The notes: generated from the sequence alone by a model not told the origin. Shown: positions 38,056 through 47,632, numbered from the stretch's first letter. The stretch: DNA of 64,000 nucleotides from an uncultured Lachnospiraceae bacterium (GCA_946534145.1 CAMNCH010000001.1:32089-96088); one strand, 5' to 3'. Translations and numbers: made by a program.

Positions 38056-39501
38056 ATGATGAAAAAGAAAACCTTAAGTCTCATGCTGGCGGCAGCATTG
38101 GTGCTGGCATCGGGATGCTCATATAAGAATGATGCGGAATCGGTTTCAATTTCAATAACCGACGACAATTCAAACGGAACGGTTACCGTAACCGGCAACT
38201 CCGACAAAACGGTTACCGTTACAAAAACAGTTACGGCAGACATGGCAGAGAAAGCCACCAAGGTTAACGACGGCGAAACCATCACCAAGGCCGGTACATA
38301 TATTCTGGAGGGAGAATATACCCATACGGTTACCATAGACGCGGACAAAGAAGCCGACGTGATACTCATACTTAACGGAGCAACCGTGACTTCCGAGGAC
38401 GGACCTGCCATCAGTGCGGTAAAGTGTAACAGCCTCATAATAAGTGTCGCAGCCGGTACAACCAATACCCTCACGGATGCAAAAGAATATGCCGACACAT
38501 CCGACAGCGCACCCACAGGGGCACTTTACTCCAAGAACGACCTCACCATAGAAGGCGAAGGAACCCTCACAGTAAACGGAAATGCCAAACACGGCATAGT
38601 TTCAAAAGACAACCTTTACATAAACGGCGCCATTATCGAGGTTACAGCCGTTAAGGACGGTCTCCACGCGGGAGATTCACTTGAGATAAACGGCGGCACC
38701 ATCAACATTAAGGATTCCAACGAAGGAATGGAAGCCGAGAGTATTACGGTTAACAACGGTATCGTTGTTGTTAATGCCAAAGATGACGGAATCAATGCAA
38801 CATCGGATGAGATAACACCTGTTATTACGTTTAACGGCGGAACCGTAACCGTTAATTCCGCAGGCGACGGTGTTGATTCAAACGGCAATATCGTGCTTAA
38901 CGGAGGCTTCGTATACGTAAGCGGCGCCACCAACGACGGAAACGCGGCTATGGACTATGACGGTACATTTACAGCTGACGGCGGAACATTGATTTCCTCG
39001 GGAATGTCGGGAATGTACCAGTCAATTTCAAAAGAATCGGGAAATAAAGTTATAGACTACATCGTCACCGAGACAGTTAAGGCCGGCACGACGGTTTCTT
39101 TGTACGACGGAGATACACTTATCTGCAGTACCGAGATAATTAAGGATGCCAATTCAATACTGATTACAAGCGATGCCCTTGAAAACGGCAAAGAATATAC
39201 ACTGAAACTCGGAGACAAGTCCGTATCCGTTACCGCGGGAGAGAGCACTAATCAGGGCTTTGGCGGCTTCGGAGGAAAGGGCGGTTTCGGCCCCGGCGGT
39301 AATAAAGGCGGATTTAACGGCGAACGCCCCTCCGAAGATTTTGACAAAAGGGAAGCCCCCGAGGGTTCTCAGGGAGAACCACCCGAAGGCTTTAGCAGGG
39401 AAACACCCGAAGGATTTGGCGGGAATTTCCCGGGAGACGACAATGGTAATTTCGGAGGAGAACCCCCGATGGATTTCGAAGGAGAAACCCTCAGCAATTA
39501 A
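38056..39501 (+). CDS. Cthe_2159-family (DUF4353) beta-helix lipoprotein with Gly/Phe/Pro-rich tail
   Basis: Lipobox LASGC; ITKAGTYILEG, LILNG, GALYSKNDLTI.G.GTLTV, KDGLHA, DDGINA, GDGVDSNG, GNAAMDYDG. Confidence 0.88.
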   Translation: MMKKKTLSLMLAAALVLASGCSYKNDAESVSISITDDNSNGTVTVTGNSDKTVTVTKTVTADMAEKATKVNDGETITKAGTYILEGEYTHTVTIDADKEADVILILNGATVTSEDGPAISAVKCNSLIISVAAGTTNTLTDAKEYADTSDSAPTGALYSKNDLTIEGEGTLTVNGNAKHGIVSKDNLYINGAIIEVTAVKDGLHAGDSLEINGGTINIKDSNEGMEAESITVNNGIVVVNAKDDGINATSDEITPVITFNGGTVTVNSAGDGVDSNGNIVLNGGFVYVSGATNDGNAAMDYDGTFTADGGTLISSGMSGMYQSISKESGNKVIDYIVTETVKAGTTVSLYDGDTLICSTEIIKDANSILITSDALENGKEYTLKLGDKSVSVTAGESTNQGFGGFGGKGGFGPGGNKGGFNGERPSEDFDKREAPEGSQGEPPEGFSRETPEGFGGNFPGDDNGNFGGEPPMDFEGETLSN

Positions 39502-40577
39502 GCTGCTTTTTCAGAATCCGCTTTAGTAACGGAACTTTCTTCAATTCTCCTATAGTTTTTCGATGCTCTTCCCGTAACAATGATGAAGAGACCCGAGAGT
39601 ACAAGGGGCAATGCAAAACTTACAAGTCTGCACAGTACGATGGCACTTCCGATCATTCCTTCCGAGAATACCTTCTTAAAGAGCAGACCGAAGCCACCCT
39701 CCATTGCCCCGGAGCTTCCGGGAAGAGGAATGCAGGAGACGGATGTAAACAACAGTCCCTGAAGGGTCATCATTTCAAAAAGGTTTCTTTCGCTTAAGCC
39801 AAAGGAACGGTAGCAAAAGTAAGTGATGGAATGGTAAGCCGCAAACTGTACAAGGGAAATAAGAATTATCTTAACCAGTACACCCTTGTTTGCTTTTAAA
39901 CGGTTTGCGCTTACTCTGTATTCAGCAAAAGTTTTTAAAAGCTTGGCCTTGGTGCCGGGCTTTTTTGAAAATATAGAAACAATCTTAATAATCACTCCGG
40001 CGATTACCTTAACGGCTTTTTTGGAAAACATAATAAGCAAAAGGCCGGTAAGGAGCAAAAAGTTAATCAAAAATCCCACCACAAGCACCCAGCCGATGCT
40101 GATACCCTCAAAAAGATTCAGGGGGGATACCAAAGAGACTATAAGTCCCATAAATGCGATGGTGATGGATGCCACTTCATAGCCGATTAACTCAAGCAAA
40201 AGGGAGAAAGAAGCATGAGAGACCTTAATGTTGTCTCTGTGCATCGCATAAATCTGAGCGGGCTGTCCGCCGGAAGCGGAAGGGGTTATTGAACTGAAAA
40301 AGAAGCCTGTATAAGCGTATTTAAGGGAATTAAAAAGGCTTGTTTTATAACCCGTGAGATTTAAGCCGATTCTTATGTTTAAGGCTTCGCCCAAAGAAAA
40401 CATAAGCATACAAATAACCGCAGGAACTAAGAACCAGGGGTTGATGCTTGTAAGAATCGACATGACGGAATCAAGACCGAATTCTTTGGATATTATATAA
40501 ATTGTCAGGGCGGCGAGAGACACCATAAGGGCCACGCCTATGTAGACAGATTTCTTGTTACAGGGTTTCAAATACAT
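39498..40577 (-). CDS. LPG-synthase-TM/MprF-flippase-like membrane protein (HexF-like)
   Basis: FFSSITPSASGGQPAQIYAM, IPLPGSSGAMEGGF, CRLVSF; many TM segments. Confidence 0.88.
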   Translation of the reverse strand: MYLKPCNKKSVYIGVALMVSLAALTIYIISKEFGLDSVMSILTSINPWFLVPAVICMLMFSLGEALNIRIGLNLTGYKTSLFNSLKYAYTGFFFSSITPSASGGQPAQIYAMHRDNIKVSHASFSLLLELIGYEVASITIAFMGLIVSLVSPLNLFEGISIGWVLVVGFLINFLLLTGLLLIMFSKKAVKVIAGVIIKIVSIFSKKPGTKAKLLKTFAEYRVSANRLKANKGVLVKIILISLVQFAAYHSITYFCYRSFGLSERNLFEMMTLQGLLFTSVSCIPLPGSSGAMEGGFGLLFKKVFSEGMIGSAIVLCRLVSFALPLVLSGLFIIVTGRASKNYRRIEESSVTKADSEKAA

Positions 40578-41121
40578 ATCCTCTTTCTTTTAATATGGGG
40601 AGAGCGCTCTTTAAAGCCTCAATTGTGCGGGAAGGAGCGCAGTTTCTGCCGCGGCCGTCGTGAAGACATATTACGGCGCCGGGGAAAACACGGTCCAGAA
40701 TCTTCTTGCAGATAGTTGAGGAAGTGGTGCTGGCGCGCCAGTCCTCGGCCATAACGTCCCATTTGATGAGATGCATCCTTCTTTTGCCTGCCTCATAGCG
40801 GGAGAAGCGTCTGGTCATGCCCCACGGGGGACGATAGTAGTGGGGCTTCACTCCGAGAGCCTCAAGGGTCTTCAAAGCCTCGTCCATATCCTCGGTAAAG
40901 GTTTTGCGGGTCATAAGCCAGGAACTGATGTGGCGGTTGGCATGAAGGCATACCTCGTGGCCGCGTCTGATTTCTTCCCTGATGATATCGGGATTTTCTT
41001 TGGCAAATTCACCTACCACAAAGAAGGTGGCCTTGATGTTAAGTTCGTCCAAAAGATTTAAGAGTGTTTCGGTATATTCGGCGCTGGGGCCGTCGTCAAA
41101 GGTTAAAAATAGTTTCTTCAT
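40558..41121 (-). CDS. Small cytoplasmic polysaccharide deacetylase (HexD-like)
   Basis: LTFDDGP, LHANRH, YYRPPWG, WDVMAEDW, CLHDG; no signal peptide. Confidence 0.9.
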   Translation of the reverse strand: MKKLFLTFDDGPSAEYTETLLNLLDELNIKATFFVVGEFAKENPDIIREEIRRGHEVCLHANRHISSWLMTRKTFTEDMDEALKTLEALGVKPHYYRPPWGMTRRFSRYEAGKRRMHLIKWDVMAEDWRASTTSSTICKKILDRVFPGAVICLHDGRGRNCAPSRTIEALKSALPILKERGYVFETL

Positions 41122-41123
41122 AA

Positions 41124-42179
41124 TTATGCTGCCTCAATATAATCTATGGGGTTGGAACTTTCGAAACCTTCGGAAAGCACCCGCATGTTTTCTTTGATTT
41201 TGTTGATTCTTTCTGTGTTATGTATAAATTCGATAAGGTCTGCCGCAGAGAAATCGTCTCTGTTTGAAATCACTACGCCGAGGCCCTTTCTTTTGATGAA
41301 ACGTGAGTTACCGAGCTCCTGCTCGAGGGTGGGCTCGATGACGTAGAGAGGAGTGCGGGCCTTAATGGCTTCAAAAGTGGTGATTCCGCCGGGCTTGGTG
41401 ATGATTACGTCGGATTCTTTGAGATAATCGCTGACTCTGTCGGTGAAGCCGATAGCGTTGATGTTTTTGTATTTTGCGATGATTTCGTTTCTTAATTCTT
41501 CGTTCTTGCCGCAGATGATGGTGGCGTTTACTCCGGGCTCATTGTTTAATGCGGTAAGTATCTTTTCCTGACAGGGAATAAGACCGAGACCGCCACCCAT
41601 AATGAGAACGTATGCTTCTTTTTTCACGGGTTCCGTGTGATTGTTAAAAGAAGCCGATACGGGAATGCCGCATACATGAATGTTCTCGGGTCTGATACCG
41701 TTGTCTATAAGCTCTCGCTTGCAGATTCTGTCGCCTACGAAATATTTGTCCACGTGTTTGGATATCCAGTCCTTGTGGATGGTGATATCGGTAATATATA
41801 CATAGAAAGGAATCTTCACGTGATGCTTCTTTTTAAAAGAAGAGAAGTACTGTACGCACATGGGAAGATCCGCCACCACCAAATCGGGACTGTAAGTGCA
41901 CATAAGTTTTTCCATGTGGTTGTAGATCACACGCTTAAAAGGCACACAGTTTAAGTGGTTGGAAAACTTGGCAAGCTTGTTGTATGCGTCGTAGAATTTG
42001 AAAACGCATAATTCAAAGCCCTTATATATTAACTTGGAAGCTCTGGGAAAACAGTAGTCGCAGAAATCGATTACCGTTACGTTTGCGTCCTGATATTTTG
42101 TTTTGATTTCTTCTTTGATTGCTTCGGCACATTTTACATGCCCCATTCCGAAGCGTCCCGTAAGTATTAATACGTTCAT
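41124..42179 (-). CDS. MGDG-synthase-like GT28 glycosyltransferase (HexS/UgtP-like)
   Basis: FGMGHVKCA, ITDITIHKDW, CGIPV, IMGGGLG, GFTDRV, TKPGGITTFEA, QELGNS. Confidence 0.9.
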   Translation of the reverse strand: MNVLILTGRFGMGHVKCAEAIKEEIKTKYQDANVTVIDFCDYCFPRASKLIYKGFELCVFKFYDAYNKLAKFSNHLNCVPFKRVIYNHMEKLMCTYSPDLVVADLPMCVQYFSSFKKKHHVKIPFYVYITDITIHKDWISKHVDKYFVGDRICKRELIDNGIRPENIHVCGIPVSASFNNHTEPVKKEAYVLIMGGGLGLIPCQEKILTALNNEPGVNATIICGKNEELRNEIIAKYKNINAIGFTDRVSDYLKESDVIITKPGGITTFEAIKARTPLYVIEPTLEQELGNSRFIKRKGLGVVISNRDDFSAADLIEFIHNTERINKIKENMRVLSEGFESSNPIDYIEAA

Positions 42180-42260
42180 TTTTTACCCTCACTGGCATCA
42201 TTCTCGATTGGTACATTTGCATGTTACTTCCATAAGTTAAAGAGGCAATGCAAATATTGA

Positions 42261-42297
42261 TAAAGAATCTATTAAAGATTCTAAAGAAATACTAAAG
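42261..42297 (-). promoter_or_regulatory. Four TAAAG (minus strand CTTTA) direct repeats upstream of the hexS-like gene; candidate response-regulator site
   Basis: TAAAG at 42261, 42273, 42282, 42293. Confidence 0.55.
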
Positions 42298-42382
42298 CAT
42301 GACAGGAGTGCCATTCCATGGCTTTTTATAACAATTAAGGGGTCTTAACTTACATTTTTGTCACAATTAAAGCAAAAAACTC

Positions 42383-42411
42383 TTGAAAAATGGTTTTAAG
42401 AGTGTTATTCT
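42383..42411 (+). promoter_or_regulatory. SigA-type promoter of the rimP-nusA-infB operon
   Basis: TTGAAA, 17 bp, TATTCT with extended TGn. Confidence 0.7.
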
Positions 42412-42435
42412 TTATCCGTAATAAGTAGTGTGAGA

Positions 42436-42462
42436 GTGAGCTTTGAGGAGCTCACCTTTTTT
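42436..42462 (+). terminator. rimP 5' leader attenuator hairpin
   Basis: GTGAGCTT-TGAG-GAGCTCAC then C and T6, between the promoter and the rimP RBS. Confidence 0.7.
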
Positions 42463-42479
42463 ATGCCCGGAGGTAAGAT

Positions 42480-42944
42480 ATGTCTAAAAAAGAGACCTAT
42501 GAAGCCAAGGCCACCGCAATGTTAGAGCCCATATGTGCCGCTAACGGAGTGGAGATTTACGACGTGGAATACGTAAGCGAAGCGGGCGAATGGTACTTAC
42601 GCGCCTATATTGACAAAGAAGGCGGGGTGACCATCAACGACTGCGAGGCGGTAAGCCGTGCGTTTTCGGATGCACTGGATGCCGACGATTTTATTGAGGA
42701 TGCTTATTATCTGGAAGTTTCAAGTCCCGGACTGGGAAGAGCTCTTAAAAAGGACTCACATCTTGAGAAGAGCATCGGCATGGAGGTTGAACTTAAGACC
42801 TACAAGCCCATAGACAAAGTTAAGGAATTTAGCGGTATACTCAAAGGCTTTAACGATAAAGAGATTACCGTTGAAATCGACGGAGAGGACCGTTCCTTTA
42901 ACCGTCAGGATATAGCATTAATTAAACTGGCTCTTGATTTATAA
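42480..42944 (+). CDS. rimP: Ribosome maturation factor
   Basis: LRAYIDKEGGVTINDCEAVSR, YYLEVSSPG. Confidence 0.96.
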   Translation: MSKKETYEAKATAMLEPICAANGVEIYDVEYVSEAGEWYLRAYIDKEGGVTINDCEAVSRAFSDALDADDFIEDAYYLEVSSPGLGRALKKDSHLEKSIGMEVELKTYKPIDKVKEFSGILKGFNDKEITVEIDGEDRSFNRQDIALIKLALDL

Positions 42945-42961
42945 TGAAAGGATAAAAGAAA

Positions 42962-44110
42962 ATGAACAAGGAATTAATGTTAGCGCTGGATTTACTTGAA
43001 AAGGAGAAGCAGATCAGCCGTGACGTATTATTCGAGGCTATTGAGAATTCTCTTATCACAGCCTGCAAGAATCACTTTGGCAAGTCCGACAACGTAAAGG
43101 TTGAGATTAACAAAGAGACCTGCGATTTTGAAGTATACGCAGAAAAAGAAGTAGTTGAGGAAGTAGAGGATCCCGTACTTCAGATTTCTCTTGAGGACGC
43201 CAGAAAGATTAAAGCCAAATATAAGCTTGGCGACATCGTTAAGGTTGACATCAAGTCCAAGGAATTCGGCCGTATCGCCGCTCAGAACGCCCGTAACGTA
43301 ATCACCCAGAAGATTCGTGAAGAGGAAAGAAGCGTCGTATACAACATTTATTATGAGAAAGAACACGATATCGTAACCGGTATCGTTCAGAGATACATCG
43401 GCAACAACATCAGCATCGACCTTGGTAAGGCAGATGCCATTCTTGCCGAAAGCGAGCAGGTTAAGGGCGAGAACCTTCGTCCCACCGAGCGTGTTAAGGT
43501 ATACATTGTAGAAGTTAAGAATACCAACAAAGGACCCCGTATCCTTGTAAGCCGTACCCATCCCGAACTCGTTAAGAGACTCTTTGAATCGGAAGTAGCC
43601 GAGATTCAGGACGGTACCGTAGAGATTAAGAGCATTGCCCGTGAAGCAGGTTCCCGTACCAAGATTGCGGTTTGGTCCAATAACCCCAACGTTGACGCCG
43701 TAGGCGCCTGCGTAGGTATGAACGGTGCAAGAGTTAACGCCATCGTTGAAGAGTTAAGAGGCGAAAAGATTGACGTTATCAACTGGGACGAGAACCCCGG
43801 TAACCTTATTCAGAACGCTCTTTCTCCCGCCAAGATCGTTAACGTATTTGCAGATCCCGACGAAAGAACAGCCAAGGTCGTAGTTCCCGACTATCAGCTT
43901 TCTCTTGCAATCGGTAAGGAAGGTCAGAACGCCCGCCTTGCAGCAAGACTTACAGGCTACAAGATCGACATCAAGTCAGAGACTCAGGCCAAGGATGCAT
44001 ACGGCTTCCGTCTTGAGGACTACCTTGACGATGAAGAATACGACGAATACGACGAGTATGAAGAGGGCGAATACGAAGACGCTCCCGCTGAAGAAGAAGA
44101 GGACATTTAA
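42962..44110 (+). CDS. nusA: Transcription termination factor NusA
   Basis: FGRIAAQNA, S1 domain, SRTHPEL, AREAGSRTK, AIGKEGQNARLA; acidic tail. Confidence 0.97.
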   Translation: MNKELMLALDLLEKEKQISRDVLFEAIENSLITACKNHFGKSDNVKVEINKETCDFEVYAEKEVVEEVEDPVLQISLEDARKIKAKYKLGDIVKVDIKSKEFGRIAAQNARNVITQKIREEERSVVYNIYYEKEHDIVTGIVQRYIGNNISIDLGKADAILAESEQVKGENLRPTERVKVYIVEVKNTNKGPRILVSRTHPELVKRLFESEVAEIQDGTVEIKSIAREAGSRTKIAVWSNNPNVDAVGACVGMNGARVNAIVEELRGEKIDVINWDENPGNLIQNALSPAKIVNVFADPDERTAKVVVPDYQLSLAIGKEGQNARLAARLTGYKIDIKSETQAKDAYGFRLEDYLDDEEYDEYDEYEEGEYEDAPAEEEEDI

Positions 44111-44113
44111 TCT

Positions 44114-44374
44114 ATGGATAAAAAGGTTGCATTACGGCAGTGCGTAGGATGTGGTGAAAAAGGCGACAAGCGCGATATGATGCGCGTGGTACGCACTCCC
44201 GAAGGCGACATTACCCTTGATTTTAAAGGAAAGATGAACGGAAGAGGTGCTTACCTTTGCAAAAATCCCGAATGTCTTTTGAAGGCATTTAAGAACAAAG
44301 GGCTTGAACGCGCCTTCAAGACGAGTATTTCCGAAGAAGTCATAAATCGTCTCAAAGAAGAAATATGTGACTGA
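44114..44374 (+). CDS. ylxR: YlxR/RnpM RNA-binding protein
   Basis: RQCVGC, GKMNGRGAYLC...CL; position after nusA. Confidence 0.93.
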   Translation: MDKKVALRQCVGCGEKGDKRDMMRVVRTPEGDITLDFKGKMNGRGAYLCKNPECLLKAFKNKGLERAFKTSISEEVINRLKEEICD

Positions 44375-44397
44375 TTACCTGAGGTGAAAGGAATTTA

Positions 44398-44721
44398 GTG
44401 ATTAAAGACAAAGTTTTATCCCTTTTGTCAATCGCACAAAAGGCAGGCAGAATTAAAAGCGGCTCTTTCCAGACCGACGAAGCCGTAAAGGGCGGTAAAG
44501 CCCGGCTGGTACTGGTTGCGGGTGACGCTTCCGACAACAGTAAAAAAGACGTTTTCAACATGTGTTCTTTTTACAAAGTACCATGTTACGAGTACTCCGA
44601 TAAGGACAATCTTGGGCGTGCGATAGGCAAAGAAGAACGAACCTCTGTAACGGTTTGTGACGAAGGATTTGCACAATCTTTGGAAAAACTTCTAAATGAG
44701 TGCAGCAAGCAGGAAAGGTGA
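44398..44721 (+). CDS. ylxQ: L7Ae/L30e-family protein YlxQ
   Basis: LLSIAQKAG, LVLVAGDAS, LGRAIGK; synteny. Confidence 0.92.
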   Translation: MIKDKVLSLLSIAQKAGRIKSGSFQTDEAVKGGKARLVLVAGDASDNSKKDVFNMCSFYKVPCYEYSDKDNLGRAIGKEERTSVTVCDEGFAQSLEKLLNECSKQER

Positions 44722-44732
44722 GTGGTTAAAGA

Positions 44733-47618
44733 ATGAAAGTACATGAATTAGCAAAGGAGTTAGATGTTCAGAGCAAGGACGTCATAGCTTTTTTACATGA
44801 AAAGGGAATAGAGGTTAAGGCGGCTCAAAGCACCATCGATGATGATGCGGTTGCATCCGTCAGAAACAAGTTTTCTAAGAAGGCGGCACAAAAGGCCGAG
44901 CCCGCAAAAGAGGCTCCCGCCAAGGCTGAACCTGCCAAAGCGGCTCCCGCGGCAGAAGCCAAGCCCGCAGCAGCTCCTGCAGGTGATGCTCAGGCACCCG
45001 TCAAGAAAAAGAAAATTATCTTTGTAAATAACCCTCACAATTCCAAAATGCCCGGCCAGTCCCAGAGCGGCAACCGTCCCCAGCAGGGTAACGGCGGAAG
45101 ACCACAGGGCCAGGGCGGCAATCGCCCTCAGCAGGGTAACGGTCAGAGACCTACAGGTGAAAGACGCGGCACCATTTCAGGTAACGCATACAGCAATCAC
45201 CTTATTAAGCCCCGTCCCGAAGCTATCGCAAGAAAGATTCCGGACAAGGTAGAGGAGCCCGTAGAAGAGGTAGTTAAGGAGACTGCACCCGCAGTTAAGC
45301 CCGAACCTCAGAAGAACGTATCCATAGTAGTGGAAGAGGCTCCCAAGAAAGAATACTTAAGAAGAGACAATACTCAGCCCCGTCAGGACAGACCCCAGAG
45401 AGACGGACAGCGTCCCGGATTTAACAGAGACGGTAACCGTCCCCAGGGCGACAGACGTGAGAGAGGCGACCGTTCCGCTCCCCAGGGAAGAGACGGCCAG
45501 AGACCTCCCCGTCAGGGCGACAGACCCGGATTTAACAAGGACGGACAGCGTCCCGCATTTAACAGAGACGGCAATCGTCCTCAGGGCGACCGTACTTCAC
45601 GTCCCGGCGCAGGTTCTTCTTTTGCTGCGGCACCCGCTATGCCCGGCAAGCCTTCAGGCGACAGAAGAGACAATAAGAGTAAGAACAACAAGAACTTCGA
45701 CCCTACCAGAGACGGCGGCAAACAGCAGAATCGCCGCAATCAGAAGGACGATACCAGAGGCAAGCAGAAATACATTACCGTTGAGGATGAAGAGAGCTTA
45801 GAAGTAAAGAGAAAGAAGGGTAAATTCATTAAGCCCGAAGCTAAGCCCGTAGTTGAGGAAGAAGTAATCAAGGTTATTACCCTTCCCGACACCATCACCA
45901 TCAAGGACCTTGCCGACAAGATGAAGATTCAGCCCGCAGCCATCGTTAAGAAGCTTTTCCTTGAAGGTAAGATTGTTACCGTCAACCAGGAGATTTCTTT
46001 TGAAGAAGCGGAGAACATCGCCATCGATTACGAAATCATCTGTGAAAAAGAAGTCAAGGTTGATGTTATCGAAGAACTTCTTAAAGAGGATGCGGAAGAT
46101 GAGAAGGATCTTGTGGAAAGACCTCCGGTTGTCTGCGTAATGGGTCACGTTGACCATGGTAAGACATCCCTTCTTGATGCCATCAGAAAGACAAGAGTAA
46201 CCGACAAAGAAGCCGGCGGTATTACCCAGGCCATCGGTGCTTATACAGTACACGTTAAGGACAGAGACATTACCTTCCTTGACACACCCGGTCACGAAGC
46301 ATTTACCGCTATGCGTATGCGTGGTGCCAATTCTACAGATATCGCAGTATTGGTAGTAGCCGCAGACGACGGTGTAATGCCTCAGACGGTTGAAGCTATC
46401 AACCATGCCAAAGCCGCAGGCGTAGAAATAATCGTAGCGGTTAATAAGATTGATAAGCCCGCAGCCAATCCCGACAAGGTTAAGCAGGAACTCACCGAGT
46501 ACGAGCTTATTCCCACCGATTGGGGCGGAACCACTGAATTTGTTAACATTTCGGCCAAGCGCGGAGACGGTATCGACGATCTCCTTGAGACCATCCTTCT
46601 CACCGCAGATGTGCTTGAATTAAAGGCCAATCCCAAGCGTAAAGCAAGAGGTCTTGTTATCGAGGCCGAGCTTGATAAGGGACGTGGACCCGTTGCCACC
46701 GTACTCGTGCAGAAGGGTACCCTTAAGGTTGGCGACTTTGTATCCGCAGGTGCATGCCACGGTAAAGTACGTGCCATGATTAACGACAAGGGTAAGAACG
46801 TTAAGACAGCAGGTCCTTCCATTCCCGTTGAGATTCTGGGACTTAACGACGTGCCCAATGCAGGCGAAGTATTTATCGCCCACGATTCCGACAAGACAGC
46901 CAAGTCCTACGCTGAGACCTTCATCGCTCAGAACAAGGAAAAGAAACTTGAAGAGATTAAGTCCAGAATGTCTCTTGACGACCTCTTTACCAAGATTTCC
47001 GAAGGCAATCTCAAGGAACTTAACATCATCGTTAAGGCTGACGTACAGGGTTCTGTTGAAGCCGTTAAGCAGTCGCTTATGAAGCTTAGTAACGACGAAG
47101 TTGTGGTTAAATGTATCCACGGCGGCGTAGGTGCTATCAATGAATCCGACGTTTCTTTGGCAGGTGCATCCGACGCTATCATCATCGGCTTCAATGTAAA
47201 GGCCGATCCCATGGCCAAGGCTACAGCCGACAGAGAAGGCGTAGACATAAGACTTTACAAGGTAATCTACCAGGCTATCGAGGATGTGGAGAATGCCATG
47301 AAGGGTATGCTCGACCCTGTATTTGAGGAGAAAATCATCGGTCATGCCGAGATTCGTCAGATATTCAAGGCTTCCGCAATCGGTAACATCGCAGGTTCCT
47401 ACGTACTTGACGGTATGTTCCAGAAGAACTGCAAGGTTCGTGTCAAGAGAGGCGACGACATTATCTTCGAAGGCGCTCTTGCATCCCTTAAGAGATTCAA
47501 GGACGACGTCAAGGAAGTTAAGGCAGGCTTCGAGTGCGGTCTTGTATTTGAAGGCTTTGACAAATTCGAAGAGCTTGATACCGTAGAAGCTTACGTTATG
47601 GTTGAAGTTCCCAGATAG
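44733..47618 (+). CDS. infB: Translation initiation factor IF-2
   Basis: [30 protein letters not shown]; long low-complexity N-terminus. Confidence 0.98.
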   Translation: MKVHELAKELDVQSKDVIAFLHEKGIEVKAAQSTIDDDAVASVRNKFSKKAAQKAEPAKEAPAKAEPAKAAPAAEAKPAAAPAGDAQAPVKKKKIIFVNNPHNSKMPGQSQSGNRPQQGNGGRPQGQGGNRPQQGNGQRPTGERRGTISGNAYSNHLIKPRPEAIARKIPDKVEEPVEEVVKETAPAVKPEPQKNVSIVVEEAPKKEYLRRDNTQPRQDRPQRDGQRPGFNRDGNRPQGDRRERGDRSAPQGRDGQRPPRQGDRPGFNKDGQRPAFNRDGNRPQGDRTSRPGAGSSFAAAPAMPGKPSGDRRDNKSKNNKNFDPTRDGGKQQNRRNQKDDTRGKQKYITVEDEESLEVKRKKGKFIKPEAKPVVEEEVIKVITLPDTITIKDLADKMKIQPAAIVKKLFLEGKIVTVNQEISFEEAENIAIDYEIICEKEVKVDVIEELLKEDAEDEKDLVERPPVVCVMGHVDHGKTSLLDAIRKTRVTDKEAGGITQAIGAYTVHVKDRDITFLDTPGHEAFTAMRMRGANSTDIAVLVVAADDGVMPQTVEAINHAKAAGVEIIVAVNKIDKPAANPDKVKQELTEYELIPTDWGGTTEFVNISAKRGDGIDDLLETILLTADVLELKANPKRKARGLVIEAELDKGRGPVATVLVQKGTLKVGDFVSAGACHGKVRAMINDKGKNVKTAGPSIPVEILGLNDVPNAGEVFIAHDSDKTAKSYAETFIAQNKEKKLEEIKSRMSLDDLFTKISEGNLKELNIIVKADVQGSVEAVKQSLMKLSNDEVVVKCIHGGVGAINESDVSLAGASDAIIIGFNVKADPMAKATADREGVDIRLYKVIYQAIEDVENAMKGMLDPVFEEKIIGHAEIRQIFKASAIGNIAGSYVLDGMFQKNCKVRVKRGDDIIFEGALASLKRFKDDVKEVKAGFECGLVFEGFDKFEELDTVEAYVMVEVPR
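45402..45590 (+). repeat. 51-bp in-frame direct repeat inside infB
   Basis: 45402-452 and 45540-590 both encode DGQRP(G/A)[11 protein letters not shown]. Confidence 0.8.
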
Positions 47619-47632
47619 AAAAGTGTGACATT

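Noticed and set aside
32286-42300. Integrated element at tRNA-Glu
   Set aside because: The accessory genes follow a tRNA, but no integrase, no duplicated tRNA 3' end and no mobility genes were found.
43990-44110. Acidic GACGAATAC-type microrepeats at the nusA 3' end
   Set aside because: Ordinary low-complexity acidic tail.
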